From an uncultured Vicinamibacterales bacterium (lineage in GTDB: Bacteria; Acidobacteriota; Vicinamibacteria; Vicinamibacterales; UBA8438), in contig OY282382.1 in the NCBI GenBank assembly GCA_958295905.1, positions 4,582,910 through 4,646,909 of the forward strand: a DNA stretch of 64,000 nucleotides, read 5' to 3'. Below the pieces are notes generated by a model that saw nothing but the letters and a program-made list of their open reading frames with translations, made no database searches and was not told where the DNA came from. The position numbers and the translations under genes are program-made. Position 1 is the stretch's first letter. The number at the start of each line of letters is the position of its first letter. This document shows positions 34,263 to 43,506 of this stretch, piece after piece.

Positions 34263-35165
34263 TCATCGAACGCGCTCCTCGGCGCGGGCACCGCCCAGGA
34301 TGAGGGGCATGCTGTAGTTGCCCTCGTGGCAGGCGTTCTCGAAGACGGGGCCGGCGGCGCGGGTGATCGGGAACGTCACCGTCCAGGGGGCGGCGAACGA
34401 CTCGGGGTCGTGCGCCGTGAACTCGTAGTGCAGCGCATCGGCGCCGGCGAGCCGGATGCGCTCGACGTAGCGCGCGTTCGGCCCGGCACCCTGGATCGTC
34501 CACGCGCCGTTGAAGCCCGTGGTCTCGACGACGAGGGTGTCGCCCTCCCAGCGGCCGCGCGAGCTGCCCTGCCACTGGCGAATCGGCGCCGGGAGCGGCG
34601 GCCGGCCGTCGAGGGGGATGATGCGCAGGTCCGAGTTCTGCTCGTGCAGGATGGCGACGAGGTCGGGCGTCTGGAAGATCTGCGCCAGCCGGTTGGGCGA
34701 CACCGCCATCAGCGGCACCGTCCGCCCCATGATGCAGCGTTCGTAGCGCTCGCGGTCCTCCGGACCGTCGGCCGACCGCGACCGGATGGCGATGCCCAGC
34801 GTGCGCGCCCGCCCGCGGCCGGCCGCGGTGCGCGCCGGCAGCCGGCCGTCGGGCGGGTCGACGATCAGCGACGTCCGGCCGGCCGTCAGGCCGCCCGGCT
34901 GCCACCAGTCGGCGTTCAGTTGCAGGTCGCGCTCGCGCCCGATGGCGGCGTGGCGCCCGACCAGGTACTCCGCCTCTTCCTCGGGGGTGAGCACCTCCCG
35001 GCCCCCGAGCGCCTCCGGCCGCTCGAGCGGCGTCGTGCTGCGGTACTCCCAGTAGCCGCTCAGGTCCGGCACCGCCCAGGGCGTGAGCGGCGCCTCGGCC
35101 TCCTGCGCCGGCAAGGAGACCGGGACCATCGACAGCAAGAGGGCGGTGGCCGGCAGGCTGCGCAT
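34263..35165 (-). CDS. secreted hypothetical protein
   Basis: It has a signal peptide (MRSLPATALLLSMVPVSLPAQEA) and good coding character throughout (WEYRSTTPLERPE...RWEGDTLVVETTGFNG...ACHEGNYSMPLIL). I cannot name the family. Confidence 0.65.
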   Translation of the reverse strand: MRSLPATALLLSMVPVSLPAQEAEAPLTPWAVPDLSGYWEYRSTTPLERPEALGGREVLTPEEEAEYLVGRHAAIGRERDLQLNADWWQPGGLTAGRTSLIVDPPDGRLPARTAAGRGRARTLGIAIRSRSADGPEDRERYERCIMGRTVPLMAVSPNRLAQIFQTPDLVAILHEQNSDLRIIPLDGRPPLPAPIRQWQGSSRGRWEGDTLVVETTGFNGAWTIQGAGPNARYVERIRLAGADALHYEFTAHDPESFAAPWTVTFPITRAAGPVFENACHEGNYSMPLILGGARAEERVR

Positions 35166-35220
35166 GACGATTCACCTTACCGCAGAATGAGGTCGCGCGC
35201 ACGCCGTCCACGCCCAGGGG

Positions 35221-35393
35221 CAGGACCATCCCACGCGCCGCCACCGCCGTGCGCAGGCGGAATCGCGGCGGGTCCTGGGGCTCCGGACGGGCGGAATCGT
35301 GGGTCTCACGCGGCGCCGGCCGGTCGGCAAGACGGTGGCGACCCCTCGAATCGGGGGCGGGCCGTCACGCGCAGTCAGCGTGGGATGCCGCTG
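35221..35393 (-). mobile_element. family-1 MITE copy D1
   Basis: CAGGACCATCCCACGCG...CAGCGTGGGATGCCGCTG, flanked by CGCCCAGGGG on both sides (35211-35220 and 35394-35403). Confidence 0.8.
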
Positions 35394-35403
35394 CGCCCAG
35401 GGG

Positions 35404-35578
35404 CAGGACCATCCCACGCGCCGCCACCGCCGTACGCAGGCGGAATCGCGGCGGGTCCTGCCGGGCTCCGGACGGGCGGAATCGTGGGTCTCACGCGGCA
35501 CCGACCGGTCGACTGGACGGTGGCGACCCCTCGAATCGGGGGCGGGCCGTCACGCGCAGTCAGCGTGGGATGCCGCTG
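35404..35578 (-). mobile_element. family-1 MITE copy D2 (tandem with D1)
   Basis: It has the same termini as D1. It is preceded by CGCCCAGGGG and followed by CCCAGGGG. Confidence 0.8.
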
Positions 35579-35743
35579 CCCAGGGGAGGGCCCCCCGTGC
35601 AGTTGTCGAGTGCGGCCGGGAGAGCGCGGACCGCGGCCCTTGCGGACGGATACCGACGGATCCCCCCCGCCCCGCCGACGGATACCCTTATAATGAGGCG
35701 GGTGTTCGCGGCAATGCCGCGCGGCACCCGTGGAGGCGTTCCG

Positions 35744-35971
35744 ATGTTCGACTCTCTCGTTCGGCCGTCGACCGTCGCGGGCATCGATCGCGGCCACGCA
35801 GACGCGATCGCGGATGCCGTCCGGCAGGCTGCCGACCCTGGCGACCACGTGACCACCGACCGGTTCACCGCCGGGCTCGCGGCGCTGGAGCTTCGGCTGA
35901 TCAAGTGGATCATCGGCACCGGGGTCGCAGTCACCGGCGCCGTGGTCGGCCTGATACGGCTGCTCGATTAG
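35744..35971 (+). CDS. small C-terminally membrane-anchored protein (75 aa)
   Basis: TGGAGG lies 7 nt upstream of the ATG. The protein is MFDSLVRPST...TDRFTAGLAALELRLIKWIIGTGVAVTGAVVGLIRLLD, a coiled segment plus one TM helix. The pattern resembles DUF1640-type small proteins. Confidence 0.5.
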   Translation: MFDSLVRPSTVAGIDRGHADAIADAVRQAADPGDHVTTDRFTAGLAALELRLIKWIIGTGVAVTGAVVGLIRLLD

Positions 35972-36009
35972 CGGATATCCCGGCGACTCGGACCATCCGG
36001 GAGGTGCCG

Positions 36010-38475
36010 ATGCCAAAGCCTGAAGCCGCCGATCCGGACGACGCCTTCTCGGCCTCGCGGCGGGACTTTCTGAAGTGGAGCGCCCTCGTCGGGGGCGCGG
36101 CCGCGCTCGGGGGCGGCGGGCTCCTCCTGTCCCGCTGTCCGACCGGCGGGGCGCCGGCCGGGGTCTCCGGCGCCGGGGCCGGCGCGGCGGCCGTAACCCG
36201 CATCTTCCGCACCGCGAACACCCCCGAGTGCCTGCACTGCGCGCTCCTCGCGCACGTCGAGGACGGCCGCCTCGTCAAGGTGACCGGCGACCCCGACTTC
36301 AACGTGCTCGCCTGCGCCCGCGGCATCTCCCGCATCCGCCAGCTCTACAGCCCCCACCGCCTGAAGTACCCCATGCGCCGGGCGGGCCGGCGGGGCGGGG
36401 ACCGGTGGGAGCGCGTCACGTGGGAGGAGGCCCTCGACACCATCGCCGAGCGCTACCGCCGGATTCTCGAGGAGGACGGCAACCGGGCGTTCCTCGCCTT
36501 CGGGGGGACCGGCAACTGGTCGGCCCTGTCTACGGGGGTGCGGGGCCTCTACTCGGCGTTCTGGAACCGCTTCGGGGGCGCGACGCCGATCATCTCCCAG
36601 CTCTGCTGCGCCTCCGTCAGTTCGGGATTCAACGCGACCTTCGGCGGCGGGCGCTCCGAGTTCCGCGACGAGTGGGTCCACAGCCGCTTTTTCCTGGCTT
36701 GGGGCAACAACCCGGCGGTCTCCAACCAGGGCTACATGAAGAACCTCTTCCAGGCGCGGGAGGAGCACGGCGCAAGGCTGGTGACCATCGACCCGCGACT
36801 GAGCGAGACGGCGGCCCTCTCGGACCGCTGGATCCAGATCCGGCCGGGCACCGACGCCGCCTTCGCCCTCGGCATGATCAAGGTGCTGCTCGACGAAGGG
36901 CTCTTCGACGAGGAGTACGTCCGCCGGCACACCAACGCGCCGTTCCTGGTGCGGCTCGGCGAGCGCGGCTACGACCTGCAGGGGGCGTCGCGGGGCTGGC
37001 CGGCGGGCGGCGAAACGCTGCCCGTCGATCTGCGCGGCCTGCGGCTCCTGACCGGCGGCGGCAGCGGCGCGGGGAGCTTCGTCGTCTGGGACGAGCGCGG
37101 CGGCCGGCCGGTCCCCGCCGACACGCCGGGCGCGCAGGCGGCCCTGCGCGGCAGCTTCACGATCGACGGCGTCCGCCACCAGCCGGTCTTCGAGTGGATG
37201 CGCGCCATCGCGGCGCGCTACACCCCCGAGGCCGTGCACCGCATCACCGGCGCCTCGGCCGATGCCGTCGCCGCGGTGGCGCGCGAGTACGCGTCCGTCA
37301 AGCCGGCCGCGATCATCCAGAACATGGCCGGCGCGCAGCGCACCGACCACGGCACGCTGACGGTCATCGGCCACCTGTACCTGGCCTCGCTCACCGGCAA
37401 CGTCGGCTTGCTCGGGGGGGGCGTCAACGACAACGGCGGCTACCTGAGCGAGGGCGGGACCATCAACACCCCGGTGCCGACGCAGCGCAACCCCCGCATC
37501 GACGGCATCCCCGCCACCAAGCTCGGCGAGTACCTGGTCGAGCGCAAGCCGCATCCCATCCGGGCCATCCACGTGGCGGGCGCCGGGGTGCTCACCCAGT
37601 ATCCGAACACGCGCCGGATCATCGCCGGGCTCGACAACATCGATCTGATGGTCGTGCAGGACATCTTCATGACGACGACGGCGCGCTACGCCGACTTCGT
37701 CCTGCCGGTGACCACCCTCTTCGAGACCCGCAACCTGCTCGCGGGCATCCGCAGCCGCTACATCCAGCTCATGGAGCAGGCCATCGAGCCGCTGTTCGAG
37801 TCGCGCTCCGACCGCTGGATCATGACCGAGCTGGCCACGCGCCTCGGCTTCGGCGACGACTTCGACAAGCCCGACGACGAGCTGCTGCGGCACGTGCTCG
37901 AGCCGACCGGGGTCAGCCTGGAGCAGCTCGAGGAGGGCCCCGTCAATCCCATGCCCGACCCGTGGATCCCGTTCGCCGACAAGAAGTTCAACACGCCGTC
38001 GGGCCGCATCGAGTTCTTCTCGCTGTATCTGCAGGAGAGGGGCTTCGACCCGCTGCTCGAGTACCTGCACCCGGTCGAGGCCCCCTGGGTGGACGAGACG
38101 CGGGCCGCGCGCTATCCGCTGCAGCTCATCAACCGCAAGAACCACAACCACGTCAACTCGAGCTTCCACCACCACGACTTCCTGACCGAGATCTGGGCCA
38201 GCCAAGTGCTGCAGATCCACCCCGAGGACGCGAAGCCCCGCGGCATCGAGGACGGCGCCCGCATCCGCGTCTTCAACGACCGCGGGGAGATCGAGGCGAT
38301 GGCGCAGGTGACGCGCGGCATCATGCGCGGGGTGGTGAGCGTGACGACGGGCTGGGGCGGCGTGAACGAGAAGCAGACGGCCAGCATCCTGAGCCCCGAC
38401 AAGTACGAGCCGATCTCGCTGGGCCACACGCTGAACTCGTCGATGGTGGACGTCGCGGGGGGAGGCGCCGCATGA
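36010..38475 (+). CDS. Tat-exported molybdopterin oxidoreductase catalytic subunit (DMSO-reductase superfamily, Psr/Phs/Dms-like)
   Basis: GGGAGG lies upstream of the ATG, followed by a Tat signal (SRRDFLKWSALVGGAAAL). Family blocks are VTWEEALDTIA, FGGTGNW, NNPAVSNQ, LVTIDPRLSETA, IRPGTDAA, DLMVVQDIFMTTTARYADFVLP and VLQIHPEDA. The N-terminal Fe-S motif reads C-LH-C-ALL-A...AC, so the third Cys is replaced. Confidence 0.9.
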   Translation: MPKPEAADPDDAFSASRRDFLKWSALVGGAAALGGGGLLLSRCPTGGAPAGVSGAGAGAAAVTRIFRTANTPECLHCALLAHVEDGRLVKVTGDPDFNVLACARGISRIRQLYSPHRLKYPMRRAGRRGGDRWERVTWEEALDTIAERYRRILEEDGNRAFLAFGGTGNWSALSTGVRGLYSAFWNRFGGATPIISQLCCASVSSGFNATFGGGRSEFRDEWVHSRFFLAWGNNPAVSNQGYMKNLFQAREEHGARLVTIDPRLSETAALSDRWIQIRPGTDAAFALGMIKVLLDEGLFDEEYVRRHTNAPFLVRLGERGYDLQGASRGWPAGGETLPVDLRGLRLLTGGGSGAGSFVVWDERGGRPVPADTPGAQAALRGSFTIDGVRHQPVFEWMRAIAARYTPEAVHRITGASADAVAAVAREYASVKPAAIIQNMAGAQRTDHGTLTVIGHLYLASLTGNVGLLGGGVNDNGGYLSEGGTINTPVPTQRNPRIDGIPATKLGEYLVERKPHPIRAIHVAGAGVLTQYPNTRRIIAGLDNIDLMVVQDIFMTTTARYADFVLPVTTLFETRNLLAGIRSRYIQLMEQAIEPLFESRSDRWIMTELATRLGFGDDFDKPDDELLRHVLEPTGVSLEQLEEGPVNPMPDPWIPFADKKFNTPSGRIEFFSLYLQERGFDPLLEYLHPVEAPWVDETRAARYPLQLINRKNHNHVNSSFHHHDFLTEIWASQVLQIHPEDAKPRGIEDGARIRVFNDRGEIEAMAQVTRGIMRGVVSVTTGWGGVNEKQTASILSPDKYEPISLGHTLNSSMVDVAGGGAA

Positions 38476-39026
38476 GCAGGCAGGTCGCGTTCTTCTTCGA
38501 CGCCAATCGCTGCACCGGCTGCCGCACCTGCGAGGTCGCCTGCAAGGTCGAGAACGGGGTCGAGCTGGGGCCGCGCTGGCGCAAGGTGCGGACGGTGGAG
38601 GGCGACGGCCGCGGCGGGCCGTACATGTACCACGTGTCGATGTCGTGCAACCACTGCGAGGTCCCGGTCTGCGCCGAGGCCTGTCCGTCGGGGGCCATCA
38701 CGAAGCGGCCCGACGGCATCGTCATCGTCGACGAGAGCAAGTGCATCGGCGCCCGTCTCTGCGCCTGGGCGTGTCCCTACGACGCGCCGCAGTTCAGCGA
38801 AGAGACCGGCAAGATGGAGAAGTGCAACTTCTGCTCGCACCGCATCGACGCCGGCACGGGTGGGCCCGCGTGCGCCGAGGCGTGCCCGACCAAGGCGCTG
38901 CAGTGGGGCCCGCTGGACGAGGTGGCCGCGAAGCAGGGCGCCACCGACCGGTTCGGGCCGCTGCCCGACGCGGACATCACCAAACCGGCGATCCGCTTCA
39001 TCCCCCTCAAGCTCGTCCGCGCCTGA
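38472..39026 (+). CDS. 4Fe-4S ferredoxin-type electron-transfer subunit (DmsB/PsrB-like)
   Basis: CTGCRTCEVAC, CNHCEVPVCAEACP, CIGARLCAWACP and CNFC...CAEACP give four cluster motifs. The ATG overlaps the upstream TGA (ATGA). Confidence 0.9.
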   Translation: MSRQVAFFFDANRCTGCRTCEVACKVENGVELGPRWRKVRTVEGDGRGGPYMYHVSMSCNHCEVPVCAEACPSGAITKRPDGIVIVDESKCIGARLCAWACPYDAPQFSEETGKMEKCNFCSHRIDAGTGGPACAEACPTKALQWGPLDEVAAKQGATDRFGPLPDADITKPAIRFIPLKLVRA

Positions 39027-39039
39027 CCCGCGCCCCGGC

Positions 39040-40338
39040 ATGGAGACGCGCGACTGGTCGCTCGTGGTCTTCACGGTCCTGACCCAGGCGGCGGTGGGGG
39101 CGTTCCTCGTCCTGCAGGTCCTGCGGTATGTGGCCGCACCGCGCGCCGCTCGTGCAGGCGCGCGGGCGACGCGACGCGGACCGGACGCGGGCCGCGCGAG
39201 AGGCGGCGCGCAGAGCGGCGGTCCGGAGGCGGCCCCCCCACGGGACGACGGCCCCCGACCGGGCGGGGCACGGGGCGACGGTCCGGAGGCAGGCGGTGCG
39301 TGGTACGACGACCCCGGACCGGGCGGCGCGCGCAGCGACGGTGCGGAGGCGGGCGGCGCATGGAGCCGCGGTCATCGGGCACCGGTTCCGGCCGCGGTCG
39401 TGCTCGCCGTGCTGTCGGCCGGCCTCTTCGCGGCCCTGTTTCACCTCTCCACCCCACTCCAGGCGGCGCGCGCCGTCGTGAACTTCTCGTCGTCGTGGCT
39501 GAGCCGCGAGATCGTCTTCGGGAGCCTCTTCGCGGCGCTGTTGGGCTTGCTGGCGGCGCAGGAGCGGCGCGCGGCCAACTCGACGCCGGCGAGTTCGGCG
39601 CAGAAGGCACGGAAGAGGCGGGCGGCCGGTCCGGCGCCGGCGGGTCCGGCCGCGGTGAACTCAAGGCGGGAGCGGCGCGCGGCGCCGGCCGGTCCGGCCG
39701 CGGCCACGTGGCTGCCCCATCTCACCGCCGCCGCCGGCATCGCGTTCCTGTGCTGCCAGACCGCCATCTACCTGCTGCCGGCCCAGCCCGCCTGGAACAG
39801 CTTCGCGACCCCCGCCGCGTTCGGAGGCACGGCGTTGCGACTGGGCATCCTCGGCGTGGCGGCGGGACTGGTCGTGCGCGGACCCGCGCCGGGAGGCGGC
39901 GATGCGGCTCGGCCCGCCGGTTCGCCGGGGCCGGCGGCACGGAACCTCCCGCCCGCCGACACCGACCCGACCGGGCCCGGCATGTCATCGGCGACCGTGC
40001 GCGGACTCGTGCTGGCCGGCCTTGCGGCGCTGGCCCTGGAGTTCTTCGTCCTGCCGCTCCACCTCGCCGAGCTCGCCGCCGACGCCTCGCCGGCCGCCGC
40101 CGCGAGCGCCCAGCGGCTGACCGGCAGCTACGGCGGCGTGCTCCTGCTGCGGCTCGGGCTGCTGGCGGCGGCCGCGGCGGCGCTGGGCGGCATCCCCGCG
40201 GTCATCCGTGGACCCGCCCGGTCTTCCGGCCGCAGACTCGCCGCCGCCCTCGCCTGCGGGGCTTTCGGCCTCGTCGTGGTGTCGGAGGTGTGCGGACGCT
40301 TCCTGTTCTATGCCATGCAGGTGAGGGTCGGCATTTGA
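39040..40338 (+). CDS. DmsC-like membrane anchor subunit with large low-complexity insertions
   Basis: METRDWSLVVFTVLTQAAVGAFLV...HLSTPLQAARAVVNFSSSWLSREIVF... match DmsC-type helices. Three Gly/Pro/Ala/Arg-rich inserts (about 39130-39400, 39560-39700 and 39880-39990) carry internal ~60-bp repeats and inflate the protein to 432 aa. Confidence 0.7.
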   Translation: METRDWSLVVFTVLTQAAVGAFLVLQVLRYVAAPRAARAGARATRRGPDAGRARGGAQSGGPEAAPPRDDGPRPGGARGDGPEAGGAWYDDPGPGGARSDGAEAGGAWSRGHRAPVPAAVVLAVLSAGLFAALFHLSTPLQAARAVVNFSSSWLSREIVFGSLFAALLGLLAAQERRAANSTPASSAQKARKRRAAGPAPAGPAAVNSRRERRAAPAGPAAATWLPHLTAAAGIAFLCCQTAIYLLPAQPAWNSFATPAAFGGTALRLGILGVAAGLVVRGPAPGGGDAARPAGSPGPAARNLPPADTDPTGPGMSSATVRGLVLAGLAALALEFFVLPLHLAELAADASPAAAASAQRLTGSYGGVLLLRLGLLAAAAAALGGIPAVIRGPARSSGRRLAAALACGAFGLVVVSEVCGRFLFYAMQVRVGI

Positions 40339-40555
40339 CCGCTCCCGCGCCGAACAAGGGTGAGGGCCGGTCCATGACCGCTCCCGCGTCGAAACGAGGG
40401 TGAGGGTGTGCGGACGCTTCCTGTTCTATGCCATGCAGGTGAGGGTCGGCATTTGACCGCTCCCGCGTCGAACGAGGGTGAGGGTCGGTCCGTGACGGCT
40501 CCCGTCTCGAACGAGGGTGAGGACCGGTCCGTGACGGCTCCCGTCTCGAACGAAG
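40288..40555 (+). repeat. 118-bp duplication containing ~39-bp sub-repeats across the dmsC-torD junction
   Basis: GTGTGCGGACGCTTCCTGTTCTATGCCATGCAGGTGAGGGTCGGCATTTGACCGCTCCCGCG occurs at 40288 and again at 40406, so the last codons and stop of dmsC are duplicated. The subunit GGTGAGGG.CGG....TGAC.GCTCCCG..TCGAAC.A. occurs about 6 times. Confidence 0.85.
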
Positions 40556-41232
40556 AGCCGATTGTCCCCGTCGAGTGGCGGCGGCGGCAGGACGAGCAGG
40601 CTCTCGCCTACCACTTTCTGGGCCGCTGCTTCTACGAGACGCCGCACCGCGAGTGGCTGGCCCCTCTCGCCGAGGATCGGTTGTTCGAAGCTTGGCCGTT
40701 CCCGTCCCGCGACGACCGGACCACGGCCGGGCTCGCCCTGCTGGCCGCGTTCTGCGCAGGCTGGGACCCCGCCCGGCTCGGCGCGCTCGAATGGGACTTC
40801 AACCGACTCTTCGTCGGTCCCGGCGAGATGTTGGCCCCGCCGTGGGAGTCGGTACACCGCAGCAAGACGAAGCTCACCTTCCAAGAGCCCACGCTCCAAG
40901 TGCGCGCGCTCTACGTGCGCTTCGGGGTGCAGGCGCCGGCCGTCCACCGCGAGCCGGACGACCACCTCGGGCTCGAGCTCGCCTTCATGGCGACCCTGTC
41001 GGACCTCGCCGCCCGGGCCGCGGCCCGGGACGACGCGGCGCAGCTCGCGACCTGTTTCCGGACCCAGAGGGACTTCCTGCGGGACCACCTGCTCGCGTGG
41101 GCCCCCGCCTGCCTCGGGCTCGTCGAGGAGCACGCCGAAACCGACTACTACCGCGGCGCGGCCCGTCTGGCTCTCGGGTCGCTCTCCGAGTCGGCGTGTC
41201 TCTGCGACGCCGGCTCGGGCGCCGGGATATGA
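40408..41232 (+). CDS. TorD/DmsD-family redox-enzyme maturation chaperone (start uncertain)
   Basis: YHFLGRCFYETP...FNRLFVGPGEMLAPPWESVH...EPDDHLGLELAFMA...FLRDHLLAWAP is the TorD signature. The first ~50 codons of the ORF lie in the repeat array (APASNEGEGRSVTAPVSNEGEDRSVTAPVSNEE). The true start is probably about 40490-40560. Confidence 0.7.
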   Translation: MRTLPVLCHAGEGRHLTAPASNEGEGRSVTAPVSNEGEDRSVTAPVSNEEPIVPVEWRRRQDEQALAYHFLGRCFYETPHREWLAPLAEDRLFEAWPFPSRDDRTTAGLALLAAFCAGWDPARLGALEWDFNRLFVGPGEMLAPPWESVHRSKTKLTFQEPTLQVRALYVRFGVQAPAVHREPDDHLGLELAFMATLSDLAARAAARDDAAQLATCFRTQRDFLRDHLLAWAPACLGLVEEHAETDYYRGAARLALGSLSESACLCDAGSGAGI

Positions 41233-41357
41233 CCTCACGCCGTGCGCATAGCCGCCGCCAGGAGTCTGAGCGTTGTGACGTGACGAACCACCAGCGCATC
41301 GCCACGACTAAAATAGGGTCGCCGGGGCACTCACCTCGAACCGCAGGGACGGACCAC

Positions 41358-41405
41358 CAAGAGTCTTCGCCGTAGAACGGCGCGGCCTCCTGGTTGGTTG
41401 GGCGG
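41358..41405. repeat. palindromic IS1182-terminus-like element (copy 2)
   Basis: CAAGAGTCTTCGCCG-TAGAA-CGGCGCGGCCTCCTGG is followed by TTGGTTGGGCGG. It is the same architecture as at 33961. Confidence 0.55.
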
Positions 41406-41448
41406 TGAGCACTGAACTTCATGAGGCCACTTCGCTACCGTGGCGGGC

Positions 41449-41823
41449 ATGAAGATTCAGAATCAAGTCATGCGGAGGCTGCGGGACAACCTCGCCCGCC
41501 TGCGCGATGTGCTGGGGAGCGCGGTGGCGCAGGGCATCGGCAGCCGCGGGCAGGTCGCCGACCGCGTGTGTGAAGCGTTCGATTTCCGCGATGGGCGTGG
41601 CCGGTGGCAGCGCGCGAGCTGCGCCTCGGCGTTGGCCGCCCTCGAGGCGGCAGGCCAAGTCGCGCTCCCGCCGGGCTGCCGCCCCCGACCCGCCTCGGCA
41701 ACGCCGTCGGACTGGTCGGGCGCCTCGGCGGCTGGCTCGGGCGCCGCCGCGTCCCGCCCGGCGCGCAACTCCTGTGGCACGGCTACACCCAGCTCGCCGC
41801 CATGGTCTTCGCCTTCGAACTGA
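41449..41823 (+). pseudogene. DUF4338-like N-terminal fragment, truncated at the IS1182 insertion
   Basis: MKIQNQVMRRLRDNLARLRDVLGSAVAQGIGSRGQVADRVCEAFDFRDGRGRWQRASCASALAALEAAGQVALPP fits the N-terminal pattern I recall for DUF4338 proteins (...SR.QLSR.VCE...W...G.LK.MSCRVAL..LE..G...LPP). Coding quality is lost afterwards. Confidence 0.3.
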
Positions 41824-41883
41824 GGGACGAATACGGGTGATCTTTCAGCCGGAGAGATCTGGGGCAAGGGCAGTCCTAGCCTC

Positions 41884-43470
41884 CTAGGAGTCTGCGCCGC
41901 AGGAAGGTCGCGGAACCCCGGTGGCTTGCGTCGTGACGCACGGCGTCAAGGTGTCTTCCGCGGTCGACGAGCAGGTGATTTTCGACCAGCCGGCGGCGTG
42001 AACCGAAAACAGGCCGTACACCCCTCCAAACGCCGCGATTCGCACCCGATTCTCGGTCGGTGGGGGCAGGATCCACCCCTTTACGCCGCCATCAGCGCGT
42101 GCAGGCGCTTGGCGTTCACCGCCAGGCACACCAAGTCCCACTCGCCCCGCACCTGCGCCAGGCCGCGCAGGCTGAAGCGCCGGAAGCCCAGCACGTGCTT
42201 GACCCAGCCATACGGCGCCTCCGACAACCACTTCCGCTCCGCATACACCGCCCGCCCCGCCGGCGTCGACAGCTTCTCCACCATCCGCCCCGTCGCCGGA
42301 TGCTTCTCCAGATCGCGGCCGGCGACCCCCTTGTCCTCCCGGCCCGCCGCCACGTAACCGTCAACACCCCGCGTTTCCAGGTCCGCCAAATCCCGCTCGT
42401 TGCAGTACCCCGCGTCGGCCAGCACCGTCTCCGGCTGCGTCTCGAACGTCTCCCGCACCTGGTCGAGCAACACCGGCAGCCCCCCCTGGTCGCTCGCGTT
42501 CGCCGTCACATCCGTCGCCACCAACAACTGGTGCTCGGCGTCCACCGCCGCCTGCGCGTTGTAGCACTGCTGGAAGCCCTCGTTGCCCGTCTTCATGATC
42601 CCGCTTTCCGGGTCCGTGAAGTTGCTCTGCGACTTCTCGTCGGGCTCCCCGTACGCCCGCTTGTACGGCCGGCCCCCCTTCGGATTCCGGGTCCGCCCCG
42701 GCTGCCGGCCGCGCGCGGCGTCCGCAGCCCGTTGCGCCGCCTCCAAACGCGCCTGCGCCGCCCGGATCGCCGCCAAACGATCCTCACGCCGCCGCAACTC
42801 CGCCGGCAACTCGTCGCCCCGTACCGCCGGACCCAACCGCACGTCCTCGGCCACGTCGGTCTCATCCGCCGACCGCAACAGCGCGTCGACCTCGCCGGCC
42901 AGACGCCGTTCCTCCTCCTGCATCCGACCGTAGCTCATCGCCTTGCGCTTGCTCGCATTCGCGCGCACCTTCGTCCCGTCGATCGACAGCTTCCCGAACC
43001 GGGCCAGCCCCAATTCCCGCGCCAGACCGACCACCTCGACGAACAACCGCTTGAAATCGGCCAGGTGCCGGCGCCGGAACTCGCAAATCGTCCGATGCTG
43101 CGGGAAGTTGCCGGCGGCCAGCACCCGGAACGCGACGTCCTCTTCCAGCTTCTTCGCGATCCTCCGCGACGAAAACACCCCCGTCGCGTAGGCGTAGAGC
43201 AGCACCTTCACCATCATCCGAGGAGAATACGGCGCGTTGCGACGACCGTCCCCCTCGTACGGCGCGTAGAACGCCGTCAGATCCAGACCTTCAACCAGAT
43301 CGCTGATGTGGTGCGCCAAGTGACCCTCGGGCAGCCACTCCCGCACATCGGGCGGCAACAACAGCGACTGCTCGGGCACGTAGGGGCGAAACGTGGTCGA
43401 CATCAAGCTCCCTCTCGTCGTCGGCTCGTCTACAATTGTCGCATCGATTTTCTGCGGCGCAGACTCCTAG
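41884..43470 (-). mobile_element. complete IS1182-family insertion sequence (1587 bp)
   Basis: It has perfect 19-bp termini including CTAG: CTAGGAGTCTGCGCCGCAG (41884-41902) and CTGCGGCGCAGACTCCTAG (43452-43470). The CTAG may be a 4-bp TSD or part of the inverted repeat. It encloses one intact transposase gene. Confidence 0.85.
42081..43406 (-). CDS. IS1182-family (IS5-like DDE) transposase
   Basis: A 441-aa protein. The N-terminal DUF772-type region is LPEGHLAHHISDLVEGLDL...PYSPRMMVKVLLYAYATGVFSSRRI. A coiled-coil insert (RRREDRLAAIRAAQARLEAAQRAAD) and a DDE core (LADAGYCNE...) follow. Confidence 0.85.
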   Translation of the reverse strand: MMSTTFRPYVPEQSLLLPPDVREWLPEGHLAHHISDLVEGLDLTAFYAPYEGDGRRNAPYSPRMMVKVLLYAYATGVFSSRRIAKKLEEDVAFRVLAAGNFPQHRTICEFRRRHLADFKRLFVEVVGLARELGLARFGKLSIDGTKVRANASKRKAMSYGRMQEEERRLAGEVDALLRSADETDVAEDVRLGPAVRGDELPAELRRREDRLAAIRAAQARLEAAQRAADAARGRQPGRTRNPKGGRPYKRAYGEPDEKSQSNFTDPESGIMKTGNEGFQQCYNAQAAVDAEHQLLVATDVTANASDQGGLPVLLDQVRETFETQPETVLADAGYCNERDLADLETRGVDGYVAAGREDKGVAGRDLEKHPATGRMVEKLSTPAGRAVYAERKWLSEAPYGWVKHVLGFRRFSLRGLAQVRGEWDLVCLAVNAKRLHALMAA

Positions 43471-43506
43471 CCGGACGGAGCCGGCCCGTCAATTCCGCAC
43501 GAGTGG

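Noticed and set aside
35744-35971. Small TM-helix ORFs (35744-35971 and 46625-46801) as cargo or products of the adjacent tandem MITE pairs.
   Set aside because: The two proteins are not homologous (TM helix at opposite ends). The MITE pairs are in opposite orientations relative to them, and the distances differ. The association is probably coincidental.
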